This document shows, one piece after another, positions 55,973 to 64,000 of a stretch of 64,000 nucleotides of DNA. The notes under the pieces are model-generated. The model saw only the letters and a program-made list of their open reading frames with translations, searched no databases and was not told the origin of the DNA. Source of the stretch: Minisyncoccota bacterium (lineage in GTDB: Bacteria; Patescibacteriota; Minisyncoccia; Phycocordibacterales; UBA12079). Every line of letters begins with the position of its first letter. Position 1 is the stretch's first letter. The stretch is from NCBI GenBank assembly GCA_028689435.1, contig JAQTWD010000001.1:96-64095 (forward strand), given 5' to 3'. Position numbers and translations under genes: made by a program.

Positions 55973-56112
55973 TTTTATCTGTAAATATTTTCAAAATTGA
56001 ATAAAGTTCGATGAGACAAAAAGGTGTGTCAATTTTGAAATTATTTTAAATTTTTCTAAAATTGAGTGCAGAACGAGGAGATAAAGAAAACTCAAGACGA
56101 AACAAAAAATTA

Positions 56113-56227
56113 ATCCAAATTTGAATGATATTCGAGGAGACAAAAGAAAAAGCCCCGAGGCGTATTTTAAATACGACGAGGGGCTTTTTCTTGTAGGCGA
56201 CGAAGAAGATCGTCAAATTTGGATTAA
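56113..56227. repeat. ~115-nt palindrome centred on CGTATTTTAAATACG, abutting the rpsG stop
   Basis: TAATCCAAATTTGAATGATATTCGAGGAG...GCCCCGAGGCGTATTTTAAATACGACGAGGGGC...GACGAAGAAGATCGTCAAATTTGGATTA. Confidence 0.7.
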
Positions 56228-56229
56228 TT

Positions 56230-56697
56230 TTACCATGCAAAGTGGGCAAAAGCTTTGTTAGCGTCGGCCATCTTATGAACATTTTCTTTCTTCTTGATGA
56301 CTTCACCCTCATTTTTACTTGCGTCCAACAATTCTTTTGCAAGTCTTTCGCTCATTGGAGATCCTTTCTTTGATCTTGATGCCTCAATCAACCATCTCAT
56401 TGCAAGAGCCATTCTTCTGTTAGCTGGAACTTCTATTGGAACCTGATAGTTAGCACCTCCGATTCTTCTTGATTTAACCTCCATCAAAGGTCCTGAATTT
56501 TTGATTGCTCCGTTGAAAACTTCCATTGGATCACCTTTTGTTTTTTCTTTTATATTTTCCAAGGCATCATAAACAACCTTTCTGGCAGTACTCTTTTTAC
56601 CGTCGTGCATAATATAATTTATAAATCTCTCTAAAACGAGTGAGTTATAAACTCTATCTGGTTGAATATTTCTTTTGTCTTTAATTGGTCGGCGCAT
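56230..56697 (-). CDS. rpsG: 30S ribosomal protein S7
   Basis: 155 aa. DGKKSTARKVVYDAL and YQVPIEV. Confidence 0.95.
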   Translation of the reverse strand: MRRPIKDKRNIQPDRVYNSLVLERFINYIMHDGKKSTARKVVYDALENIKEKTKGDPMEVFNGAIKNSGPLMEVKSRRIGGANYQVPIEVPANRRMALAMRWLIEASRSKKGSPMSERLAKELLDASKNEGEVIKKKENVHKMADANKAFAHFAW

Positions 56698-56753
56698 AAA
56701 ATTTTTTCAAAATTTTCTGAATTATAAATTATAAATGTTAAATTATAAATGAA

Positions 56754-57164
56754 TTAAGCTTTTGGTTTTTTTGTTCCATAACGACTTCTTCCCTTTCTTC
56801 TCTTGTCTACTCCAGATGTGTCAATCTTTCCTCTAACAATTGTATATCTAATACCAACGTCTTTTACTCTACCTCCTCTAAGCAAAACAACTGAGTGTTC
56901 TTGCAAATTGTGTCCCATACCTGGAATGTAAGCAGTTACTTCCAATCCATTTGTTAGACGTACTCTGGCAATCTTTCTAATAGCAGAGTTTGGCTTTTTA
57001 GGAGTCTTTGTTGTAACTTTTGTACAAACACCTCTTTTAAAAGGAGCTGGGTAATAGTTTGGCTTGTTCTTTTCATTATTAAAACCACGACGAAGAGCGA
57101 TAGCTTTTGGCTTCTTTACAACTTTTTTTCTGTTTTTCTTAACAAGCTGATTAACTGTTGACAT
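56754..57164 (-). CDS. rpsL: 30S ribosomal protein S12
   Basis: 136 aa. [20 protein letters not shown] and GHNLQEHS. Confidence 0.95.
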   Translation of the reverse strand: MSTVNQLVKKNRKKVVKKPKAIALRRGFNNEKNKPNYYPAPFKRGVCTKVTTKTPKKPNSAIRKIARVRLTNGLEVTAYIPGMGHNLQEHSVVLLRGGRVKDVGIRYTIVRGKIDTSGVDKRRKGRSRYGTKKPKA

Positions 57165-57277
57165 ATTTCAAATTAAAAATTTAAATCTCAAAATTGAAAA
57201 TTACAATTCAAAATGTAAAATTCATTTCAAGTGCCTATAAATCTACTATATTATTAAATAAAATGCAAATTTATACT

Positions 57278-57883
57278 TTAAAAGTTTAAACCGGTTAGTA
57301 AATGAAAAATTGTTCCGACTATTGGAGTAACAAATTTCCATAAAAAGAATATAAATACAAGCAAAATCCAAAACCAATGAGTTTCTAGAAAATATTTAAT
57401 TCCCCTCAACTGATATGGCAAAATTCCAAAGAGAACTTTTGAACCGTCTAGTGGAGGAATGGGTATCATATTGAAAACACCCAAAATTATATTTATAAAG
57501 ACAATCAGCCCTGCCGCTGGAATGAGACTGCCTGTAAAAACATCAAATCTGATCAAAAGACCAAATACTGTTGCAACAAAAAAATTGGACAATGGGCCAG
57601 CAAAAGCCACCAACGGTTCGGCGTAACGAGCATTTCTCAGGTTGTATGGATTATAAGGAACCGGTTTTGCCCAACCAAAAATAAATCCTGTTGTCATAAA
57701 AGCAATAACAGGAACAACAATAGACCCCATCATATCCAAATGTTTCAAAGGGTTTAGTGTGAGCCTTCTGGCAAGCTTTGCTGTAGAATCACCAAAAGCA
57801 TAGGCCATATAACCATGAGAAACCTCGTGTATCACAACAGACATTATTAATATTATTATTGAAAAGATAAAGTCTAATTCCAT
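57278..57883 (-). CDS. site-2 protease family (M50) zinc metalloprotease
   Basis: 201 aa. HEVSHG (HExxH) in TM1; multi-pass; PIPPLDGSK. Confidence 0.75.
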   Translation of the reverse strand: MELDFIFSIIILIMSVVIHEVSHGYMAYAFGDSTAKLARRLTLNPLKHLDMMGSIVVPVIAFMTTGFIFGWAKPVPYNPYNLRNARYAEPLVAFAGPLSNFFVATVFGLLIRFDVFTGSLIPAAGLIVFINIILGVFNMIPIPPLDGSKVLFGILPYQLRGIKYFLETHWFWILLVFIFFLWKFVTPIVGTIFHLLTGLNF

Positions 57884-58093
57884 AAAAAATTTTAATTTAT
57901 TAAAATTTAAAATTCCAAATCACAAGCACCAAATTACAAACAATCACTGAACTTTAATAACAAAAACTCAAAACAATATCTTATATTTGTTATTTGTTAT
58001 TTAGAATTTGTTTGTAATTTGGAATTTGTTTTTTGTTATTTTTTAATCTTTGCTTGCTAAATATTAGAACTAATGATAACATAACCAACAATT

Positions 58094-58339
58094 ATGGCAA
58101 AAGAATGTCCAATCACAAAAAAAAGTTCCAAGGTTGCTGGCGGATACAGCAACCGTGTTCGTGCTACAAAATTTAACCCAACAGGAAACAAGAGGAAAAA
58201 AGCAAACTTGCAAAAGAAAAAAGTTTTCATTCCAGAACTAGGAAAAAGCATGAAGCTAACACTTTCCACAAAAGGTATCAAAACAATCAACAAAAACGGA
58301 GCATACGACACGCTAAAGAAAGCAGGGCTAATTAAATAA
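58094..58339 (+). CDS. rpmB: 50S ribosomal protein L28
   Basis: 81 aa. MAKECPITKKSSKVAGGYSNRVRATKF... Confidence 0.9.
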   Translation: MAKECPITKKSSKVAGGYSNRVRATKFNPTGNKRKKANLQKKKVFIPELGKSMKLTLSTKGIKTINKNGAYDTLKKAGLIK

Positions 58340-58351
58340 AACAAAACAAAA

Positions 58352-58386
58352 AAAACTTAGACATACAATGTCTAAGTTTTTTTGTT
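58352..58386 (+). terminator. intrinsic terminator
   Basis: AAAACTTAGACA-TACAA-TGTCTAAGTTTT followed by TTTG. Confidence 0.85.
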
Positions 58387-58400
58387 TTTTATTTTATTCC

Positions 58401-58430
58401 TTGCTATTTTTTTAAATATATTTATATAAT
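58401..58430 (+). promoter_or_regulatory. sigma70-like promoter TTGCTA-N18-TATAAT
   Basis: TTGCTA at 58401-58406, TATAAT at 58425-58430. Confidence 0.5.
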
Positions 58431-58469
58431 TAAAAAGGAAGTTCATATAAACTCAACGGAGGAAGCGGA

Positions 58470-58646
58470 ATGAAAGAAGGACAGTGTGTTACAACATCAA
58501 GAGTCGCAGTAGGAAAAAAGCGGGACAAAAATTATTTCAATTCATGCGCAGAAAACGAACCTCGACTCGATTTATGTAAAGGCTGTATTTTATTGGACGA
58601 ATGTCCGATAAGAAAGGCAGCCCTTGAAATTAAATCCCACAATTAA
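58470..58646 (+). CDS. small 4-Cys protein (C-x10-C-x2-C-x5-C)
   Basis: GGAGG lies 7 nt upstream. Own translation, 58 aa: MKEGQCVTTSRVAVGKKRDKNYFNSCAENEPRLDLCKGCILLDECPIRKAALEIKSHN. Confidence 0.45.
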   Translation: MKEGQCVTTSRVAVGKKRDKNYFNSCAENEPRLDLCKGCILLDECPIRKAALEIKSHN

Positions 58647-58651
58647 ACAAA

Positions 58652-58689
58652 GGTGTGCTTGGAAATCGAGTTTTCCAAGCACGCCTTTT
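58652..58689. terminator. hairpin terminator between convergent genes
   Basis: GGTGTGCTTGGAAA-TCGAG-TTTTCCAAGCACGCC followed by TTTT. Confidence 0.8.
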
Positions 58690-58694
58690 ACTTA

Positions 58695-59561
58695 TTACTT
58701 ACTACTTATTACTTGATACTCCGTTCCCCCGTCACTCTCAAAAACAATCATTCCGCTTTCATCTGTCCTAAACAAATTTATATCCATTTTATCTAACAAA
58801 TCCAAAACTTCTTTGTGCGGATGACCATAGCGATTATCCTTCCCTACCGATGCAATTGCATATTCCGGACTAACAAAACCTAAAAACAATTCAGAGCTAG
58901 ATGTCTTTGATCCATGATGCCCCAATTTCAAAACATCTGTGTCCAACTCGTTTCCAAAAGCTCCTACCAAATATTTTTCTATTACTTGAGGAGAGTCTCC
59001 TGTGAAAAGAAAAGAGTTTTCTCTGTAAACCAATTTCAAAATAACAGAGGCAGTATTTGTTTCAAAATCGCTTGTATCCCCCACAGGGAACAAAACAGAA
59101 AGATAAGCACCGTTGCCTAAATCTATCACTTGCCCTTGTCGGGCCAAAATACTTTTAATTCCTTTTGTCTTTACTTGTTCTTTATATTCTAAATAAATTT
59201 CACTATCAGTTTCTACCCCAGGCTCCATTACAAGATCAACATTGTAATCTTTTAAAACAGGTAGCAGTCCTCCAAGATGGTCAGTGTCAGGATGAGTCAT
59301 AACAACCAAATCAATTGAACGATCATAAAACGGCATTACCTGTCCCAAATTTCTCATCACGGCTCTATTGCTTCCGCCATCAATCAAAACTTGTTTTCCA
59401 TTTGGAGATTCAATAAAAATGGCGTCTCCTTGTCCCACATCAAAAAAAACAACTTTCAAAATATTTCCCTGTTCGCCAAAGACAGCTGACCAAATAAATA
59501 AATTGGAAAACAACAAAACGCCCAAAACATATAATTTAAAGCTTCCTCTAAAATTTTGCAT
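58695..59561 (-). CDS. ComEC/Rec2-related metallo-beta-lactamase-domain protein
   Basis: 288 aa. TM helix plus FFDVGQGDAIFI, HPDTDHLGG, LKLGHHGSKTSS. Confidence 0.75.
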   Translation of the reverse strand: MQNFRGSFKLYVLGVLLFSNLFIWSAVFGEQGNILKVVFFDVGQGDAIFIESPNGKQVLIDGGSNRAVMRNLGQVMPFYDRSIDLVVMTHPDTDHLGGLLPVLKDYNVDLVMEPGVETDSEIYLEYKEQVKTKGIKSILARQGQVIDLGNGAYLSVLFPVGDTSDFETNTASVILKLVYRENSFLFTGDSPQVIEKYLVGAFGNELDTDVLKLGHHGSKTSSSELFLGFVSPEYAIASVGKDNRYGHPHKEVLDLLDKMDINLFRTDESGMIVFESDGGTEYQVISSK

Positions 59562-59580
59562 TAGAAATATTTTAACAAAT

Positions 59581-59620
59581 AAAAAACAGTCCCGTATTCA
59601 CATACGGGACTGTTTTTTAT
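59581..59620 (-). terminator. intrinsic terminator downstream of creD
   Basis: ACAGTCCCGTA-loop-TACGGGACTGT with A/T runs on both sides. Confidence 0.8.
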
Positions 59621-61026
59621 TAAAATATTTTTGTTTGAAGGTCGTTATCTCTATCATCAATAGAATACCAATCAACTTTTCGTGAAAGATACATTATTGT
59701 TGAAAGAATAAAGAACAAACCAACACTACCTATAAACAACGCGTAATCTTCTAGTTGAAGCAAGATATAAATAAACAAATACAAAAATATCAAAACACCC
59801 CCTTCTATAAACACGAGTTTCTTTTCGTTTAAAATCGTATATGAATACAACAAGATAAGTCCTACAGTAGAAACCCCTGCTATTCCATAAGCAATATTAA
59901 ATCCCAATATTTCTGAAATTGATACCAACAAAGAATAGAAAAGTACGAGAGCTAGACCCACAAGAATATACTGAATTGGGTGGACTCTTCTTCTATTAAA
60001 TATTTCAAAAGAAAGAAATACTAAAAATGTAAGAGCTATTATCAATAGTGCGTATTTAGCAGAACGATTTGATTTTTGATAATCGTCAACCGGTTTTATC
60101 AAACTCACGCCAAAAACAGAATCATAAATACCATATGTACTACCTGTCCATGATTGTGGATAATTTCTATTTAAATCCAATATGTGCCAATCGCTTTTGA
60201 AACCATTTTCATCGATTTCTCTATTGTCTGGCAAAAAAGAACCGTCAAAACTTGGAGCCGTCCAAGCCGAAGATACTTTTACATCGGTAGTTTTTCCAAC
60301 AGGAACAAAAGCGATCCTTTCACTTCCCTTCAACTTTAAATCAAAAGAAAATGTATTTTTTGAAGAAAGAGCGCTGGAAGGAACATTAACACTCAACCCA
60401 GAAGAACTTTTACCAAAACCCTCCATTGTAACCATTTTTGCCTCAATTTCTCTGTTAGGATATACACCTCCTCCAATGTCTCTAATAACATCATCTGTTT
60501 TTATTCCAGAAATAAATTGAAGTTTTTGATTATTTAAATTAAAATCGGTTCTCTCTTCTAATCCTCTGATATCTGGAATACCCACAGAGATAAAAGCATT
60601 ATTCCAATGTATATATTGCAAACCTATTCCCAAAGAAGCAAAATCTGGTTTCTCAAAATCTCCAGAAAAAGAAATATTTGAAGAATAAACAACCGCGTCA
60701 TAAATTCCGCGAGATCTTAATTCAGGAGAAATAGTTGTTTCAATATTTAAATGTTCTGGAAGAAAATGAGCATAAGCAGTTTCTTTAATTTGTTTTCCGT
60801 CAACTGTTTTGTATAAATCATAAGGAACTGTCAAAATAGGTCCTGCTATAATTTGTTCATTTCCCCATTTTGATGTTATGTCTTGAATGGCAAATTCACG
60901 ATTATTTTCTCTGTCATGTATTACAGACTTAATCATTTCAACAGGAATAAGTAATAAAAGAGCAAGAATTGCAACAAAAACAGCTCTAAGAGTTGTACTT
61001 TGTAATATTTTTTGTATTTTGTTCAT
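59620..61026 (-). CDS. creD: cell-envelope integrity inner-membrane protein CreD
   Basis: 468 aa. N-terminal LLLLIPVEMIKSVIHDRENNR pattern as in E. coli CreD; five C-terminal TM helices. Confidence 0.8.
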   Translation of the reverse strand: MNKIQKILQSTTLRAVFVAILALLLLIPVEMIKSVIHDRENNREFAIQDITSKWGNEQIIAGPILTVPYDLYKTVDGKQIKETAYAHFLPEHLNIETTISPELRSRGIYDAVVYSSNISFSGDFEKPDFASLGIGLQYIHWNNAFISVGIPDIRGLEERTDFNLNNQKLQFISGIKTDDVIRDIGGGVYPNREIEAKMVTMEGFGKSSSGLSVNVPSSALSSKNTFSFDLKLKGSERIAFVPVGKTTDVKVSSAWTAPSFDGSFLPDNREIDENGFKSDWHILDLNRNYPQSWTGSTYGIYDSVFGVSLIKPVDDYQKSNRSAKYALLIIALTFLVFLSFEIFNRRRVHPIQYILVGLALVLFYSLLVSISEILGFNIAYGIAGVSTVGLILLYSYTILNEKKLVFIEGGVLIFLYLFIYILLQLEDYALFIGSVGLFFILSTIMYLSRKVDWYSIDDRDNDLQTKIF

Positions 61027-61035
61027 AACGCTATT

Positions 61036-61623
61036 TTACCACTTATTCAAAATTTTGAAATCTTTTAACAAAATTTCTCTCATTCCCCCGTTATATAAAG
61101 CCACCGCTGGATGATATAAAGGAATTATTTTTACCTTGCCGTATGCATAAGATTTCCCGTGCGCCTTGCTAATCGGCTCAATCTGATTTTCCAAACCAAA
61201 ATGTCGCATTACATATTCAAAAGAAAATCTCCCAAGAGTTGCAATTATTTTGGGCTGGATTATTTCAATCTGTCTATCCAAAAACGGTCCATACAATTTT
61301 ATTTCTTCAGCAGACGGGTCGCGATTGTCCTCTGGCCTATCTTTCACAATATTAGTTATATAAACGTCTTCTCTTTTTAGATTTACAGAAACCAACATAA
61401 TATCCAGAAATTTTCCTGACGCACCGCAAAAAGGCTTGCCAGTTTGGGCTTCTTTTTTACCAGGAGCTTCGCCGACAAACATAATCTTTGAATTCAAACT
61501 TCCTTCTCCAACGACAGGAAAAAATTTGTTCTCAATACGATATTTATACAAAGGAGATTGTTTGAAATCAATTAATTCCCTCTCAATTTTTTTCATCAAT
61601 TCAATCTTTTTTTTCATAATCAA
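61036..61623 (-). CDS. uracil-DNA glycosylase, family 4
   Basis: 195 aa. GEAPGKKEAQTGKPFCGASGKFLD and HPAVALY. Confidence 0.85.
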   Translation of the reverse strand: MIMKKKIELMKKIERELIDFKQSPLYKYRIENKFFPVVGEGSLNSKIMFVGEAPGKKEAQTGKPFCGASGKFLDIMLVSVNLKREDVYITNIVKDRPEDNRDPSAEEIKLYGPFLDRQIEIIQPKIIATLGRFSFEYVMRHFGLENQIEPISKAHGKSYAYGKVKIIPLYHPAVALYNGGMREILLKDFKILNKW

Positions 61624-61713
61624 ATAATATCACAACTTGTGGCTTGTCATTCTAATTTATGATATAAATTTATCAGAAACGAATTTTTTAAAAAACCCTA
61701 ACAAGGAGATTCT

Positions 61714-62421
61714 ATGTCAGTATTAACCTGTATGATTCTATCCGGCGAACTTAGTAGTTCTGATATCACAAAAGCAATTGAACTGAGTGATTACAACAAA
61801 GAGACAATCATTGCCGGACTGGAAACAAACCAACTTTCAACTAGGCAAATGTTAAAAATTTTGAAAGGAGTTGAAGAACGAGTTTTTCAGGGAAAAGACG
61901 AGATTTCTCAAAAAATTGTCGCGAAAATAAGTTTCAAAGGACTTTCGTGGGAGAAAAAAATCGGAATGATACCAGAACACAAACACAACATTCCGCTTAC
62001 TCGCAGAATAGTCAGGTCAATTCTCTGGAAAAATCTTAGCCAAAAAAATTTGGAAAAAGCGGTTAAATTGTCCCACTATAATCACTTTGTTCTGATTGCC
62101 GCAATAGAAACTGGTAAACTCACGAACCAAACAAAATTTGAAGCGATCAAAAAAGTGTCAGGAAACGGAAAAGATCGCCCACGCATTACCGATGCAGTTA
62201 TTCGGATGAACCACTGGGGAGAGATGAGTGTCATCGATTGCTGTGTTGCGATAACACTGAGCGGAGGAAACAGAAAAATTGCCGAATCAGTAAAAGATCA
62301 CATAGATTTCAAAAAGATGTCTTTGGAAACGATTCTCAAGGTTATTGAACTCTCTGGCAGACATATAGTGATTATGGATGCTGTTGGGAAAGAAATGGAT
62401 AGACGAGGTTTGAGAAAATAA
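61714..62421 (+). CDS. hypothetical protein with about 3 internal helical repeats
   Basis: 235 aa. AAGGAG lies 6 nt upstream. Repeats resemble KAIELSDYNKETIIAGLETNQLS / KAVKLSHYNHFVLIAAIETGKLT. Confidence 0.55.
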   Translation: MSVLTCMILSGELSSSDITKAIELSDYNKETIIAGLETNQLSTRQMLKILKGVEERVFQGKDEISQKIVAKISFKGLSWEKKIGMIPEHKHNIPLTRRIVRSILWKNLSQKNLEKAVKLSHYNHFVLIAAIETGKLTNQTKFEAIKKVSGNGKDRPRITDAVIRMNHWGEMSVIDCCVAITLSGGNRKIAESVKDHIDFKKMSLETILKVIELSGRHIVIMDAVGKEMDRRGLRK

Positions 62422-62429
62422 TTTTGTTT

Positions 62430-62475
62430 AAGCCGGAAAAACTTTGTGCACAAAGTTTTTCCGGCTTATTTTATT
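62430..62475 (+). terminator. intrinsic terminator
   Basis: AAGCCGGAAAAACTTTGTG-CA-CAAAGTTTTTCCGGCTT followed by ATTTTATTT. Confidence 0.85.
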
Positions 62476-62522
62476 TGAATTTTTATTATTTCTATGTTAT
62501 AAATAGTACCTAAGTTTAATAG

Positions 62523-63038
62523 ATGTCACAAAAAACTCACACAAGAATAAATGAAGCTATCAGTGCCCGCGAGGTTAGGGTTATTGCCGAGAACGGTGAT
62601 AATTTGGGTGTCATTACAACGAAAGAAGCTATTCAAAGAGCTCAAGAGGTTGGGTTAGATCTGATTGAAATTTCACCAAACAGCAATCCTCCCATTGCAA
62701 AGATAATGGATTATGGTAAATTTCAATACGAACAAAACAAGAAAGCCAAGATTGCAAAAGCAAAAGCTCATGTAACAGAAACAAAAGTAATTCAGATAAA
62801 GGTGGGAACGAGCGAACACGATTTAAGCTTAAAAGCAAAAAACATATCTAAATGGCTAAAAGAAGGAAATAGAATAAAATTGGATTTATTCTTGGCAGGA
62901 AGAACAAAATATATGGATATGCAGTTTCTAAAAGGAAGACTGGAAAGAATTTTAAATCTGATAACCGAGGAATACAAGATAGCGGATGAACCCAAAAAAG
63001 GACCGAAAGGATTAACGATGACCTTGGAAAGAAAATAA
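62523..63038 (+). CDS. infC: translation initiation factor IF-3
   Basis: 171 aa. RINEAISAREVRVI..., and DYGKFQYEQNKK. Confidence 0.9.
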   Translation: MSQKTHTRINEAISAREVRVIAENGDNLGVITTKEAIQRAQEVGLDLIEISPNSNPPIAKIMDYGKFQYEQNKKAKIAKAKAHVTETKVIQIKVGTSEHDLSLKAKNISKWLKEGNRIKLDLFLAGRTKYMDMQFLKGRLERILNLITEEYKIADEPKKGPKGLTMTLERK

Positions 63039-63054
63039 ATAATCTTAAATTTAA

Positions 63055-63180
63055 CACATTTCTTTGTCGCAATTCGTAAAATTTTATTCGTCGTAATTAA
63101 AATACGCCCTGCCTACCGGCAGGCAGACTCATAAAATTTTACTCTTGGCTCCTCGAGCTGCACTAAATTTAAGATTATTT
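63055..63180. repeat. long palindrome of the gene-3'-end family with a CCTGCCTACCGGCAGGCAG core
   Basis: TTGTCGCAATTCGTAAAATTTT...CCTGCCTACCGGCAGGCAG...AAAATTTTACTCTTGGCTCCTCGAGCTGCACTAAATTT. Confidence 0.65.
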
Positions 63181-63291
63181 AATTGGACTTGAAAAAATAT
63201 AGATATTAATGTAATATAATGAGGTTTAAAATATCTGCGTTGATCTGCGTAATATTCGCATCGATTTACGCTTTATTTTTTAAATAAAGCT

Positions 63292-63471
63292 ATGAAAACA
63301 AACAAATCATACAAAAAAAGAATAAAAGTAAGTAAAAACGGAAAGCTTGTTACAAGAAAGATCGGACAAGGTCACTTCAACGCAAAAGCATCTGGAACAA
63401 CAAATCTTAAAAAAAGACGTGCGTCATCAATCACAATGACAAACAAGTCAAAAGCAAGATTTTTAAGCTAA
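63292..63471 (+). CDS. rpmI: 50S ribosomal protein L35
   Basis: Own translation, 59 aa: MKTNKSYKKRIKVSKNGKLVTRKIGQGHFNAKASGTTNLKKRRASSITMTNKSKARFLS. Lies between infC and rplT. Confidence 0.85.
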   Translation: MKTNKSYKKRIKVSKNGKLVTRKIGQGHFNAKASGTTNLKKRRASSITMTNKSKARFLS

Positions 63472-63514
63472 AAACTAATCTAAAAACTATTAACTAAAAA
63501 CTAACAACTGATAT

Positions 63515-63895
63515 ATGACAAGAGTAAAAAGAGGAACAACCTCGCTAAAAAGAAGAAAGAAGGTTTTGAAACTAGCAAAAGGATTCAGAAATGCTAGATC
63601 AACAAAAGAAAGACAAGCTCACGAAGCTTTGATGCATGCTGGAGTTCACGCGTTTGCCCACAGAAGAGACAAGAAAAACGACTTCAGAAGATTGTGGCAA
63701 ACAAAGATGAACGCAGGGCTAAGAGCAATCGGATTTACATACAGCAAATTCACAGGTGAATTAAAGAAAAAAGGAATTGCTTTGAACAGAAAAATGTTGG
63801 CAGAAATTGCAGAAAAACATCCAGAAACATTAGAAAGAATTGCAAAACAAGTTGCATCCGCAACACCTACAACAAAAACTGTTGTTACAGAATAA
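63515..63895 (+). CDS. rplT: 50S ribosomal protein L20
   Basis: 126 aa. MTRVKRGTTSLKRRKKVLKLAKGFRN. Confidence 0.95.
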   Translation: MTRVKRGTTSLKRRKKVLKLAKGFRNARSTKERQAHEALMHAGVHAFAHRRDKKNDFRRLWQTKMNAGLRAIGFTYSKFTGELKKKGIALNRKMLAEIAEKHPETLERIAKQVASATPTTKTVVTE

Positions 63896-63905
63896 TAACC
63901 AAAAA

Positions 63906-63936
63906 CAAAAAATCTCCGCAAGGAGATTTTTTTGTT
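63906..63936 (+). terminator. intrinsic terminator
   Basis: AAAAAATCTCC-GCA-AGGAGATTTTTTTG. Confidence 0.85.
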
Positions 63937-64000
63937 TGTATAATCGTCTTTTTAAATAAGTACGGCGGAAAATTTGCGAAGCAAATTTTCCGCCTACTCA

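Overview
Low-GC, gene-dense bacterial window. It resembles a Candidate Phyla Radiation (Patescibacteria/Parcubacteria-like) genome; this is inferred from intron-rich unlinked rRNA genes, small membrane-anchored ORFs, a DUF1566/C-type-lectin DGR target and SD-less core genes. Core content, mostly on the minus strand: mltG, ftsEX, prfB, murC, secDF, a PAP2 phosphatase, an FtsW/RodA-family protein, Fe/Mn SOD, mutM, the str/S10 cluster (rpsL-rpsG-fusA-tuf-rpsJ-rplC-rplD-rplW-rplB), rpmB, creD, a family-4 UDG and infC-rpmI-rplT. RNA genes: tRNA-Gln, tRNA-Ile, and a 16S gene unlinked from a 23S / tRNA-like / 5S unit. Most notable: (1) a complete diversity-generating retroelement (RT, TR, Avd, VR-bearing target) in which all 13 TR/VR differences fall at TR adenines, and whose RT lies on the opposite strand from TR-avd-target. 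(2) A 5.8-kb 23S gene made of about 2.9 kb of rRNA plus three group-I introns (two with LAGLIDADG ORFs) and five palindromic insertions; one related hairpin element sits in 16S. (3) Two nested RNA genes: an intact tRNA-Ile and an intact 5S rRNA each sit at the tip of a long inverted-repeat stem inside a degenerate copy of themselves. (4) The 16S 3' tail lacks CCUCC. Core genes lack Shine-Dalgarno motifs, yet about 15 GC-richer single-gene cassettes carry GGAGG motifs, and most of them also show a near-consensus TTGACA-N17-TATAAT-type promoter and/or an intrinsic terminator. (5) Several dispersed hairpin-repeat families, one of which brackets two paralogous PaaX/Cas2-fold genes. All coordinates for RNAs, repeats and signals were read by eye and may be off by a few nt.
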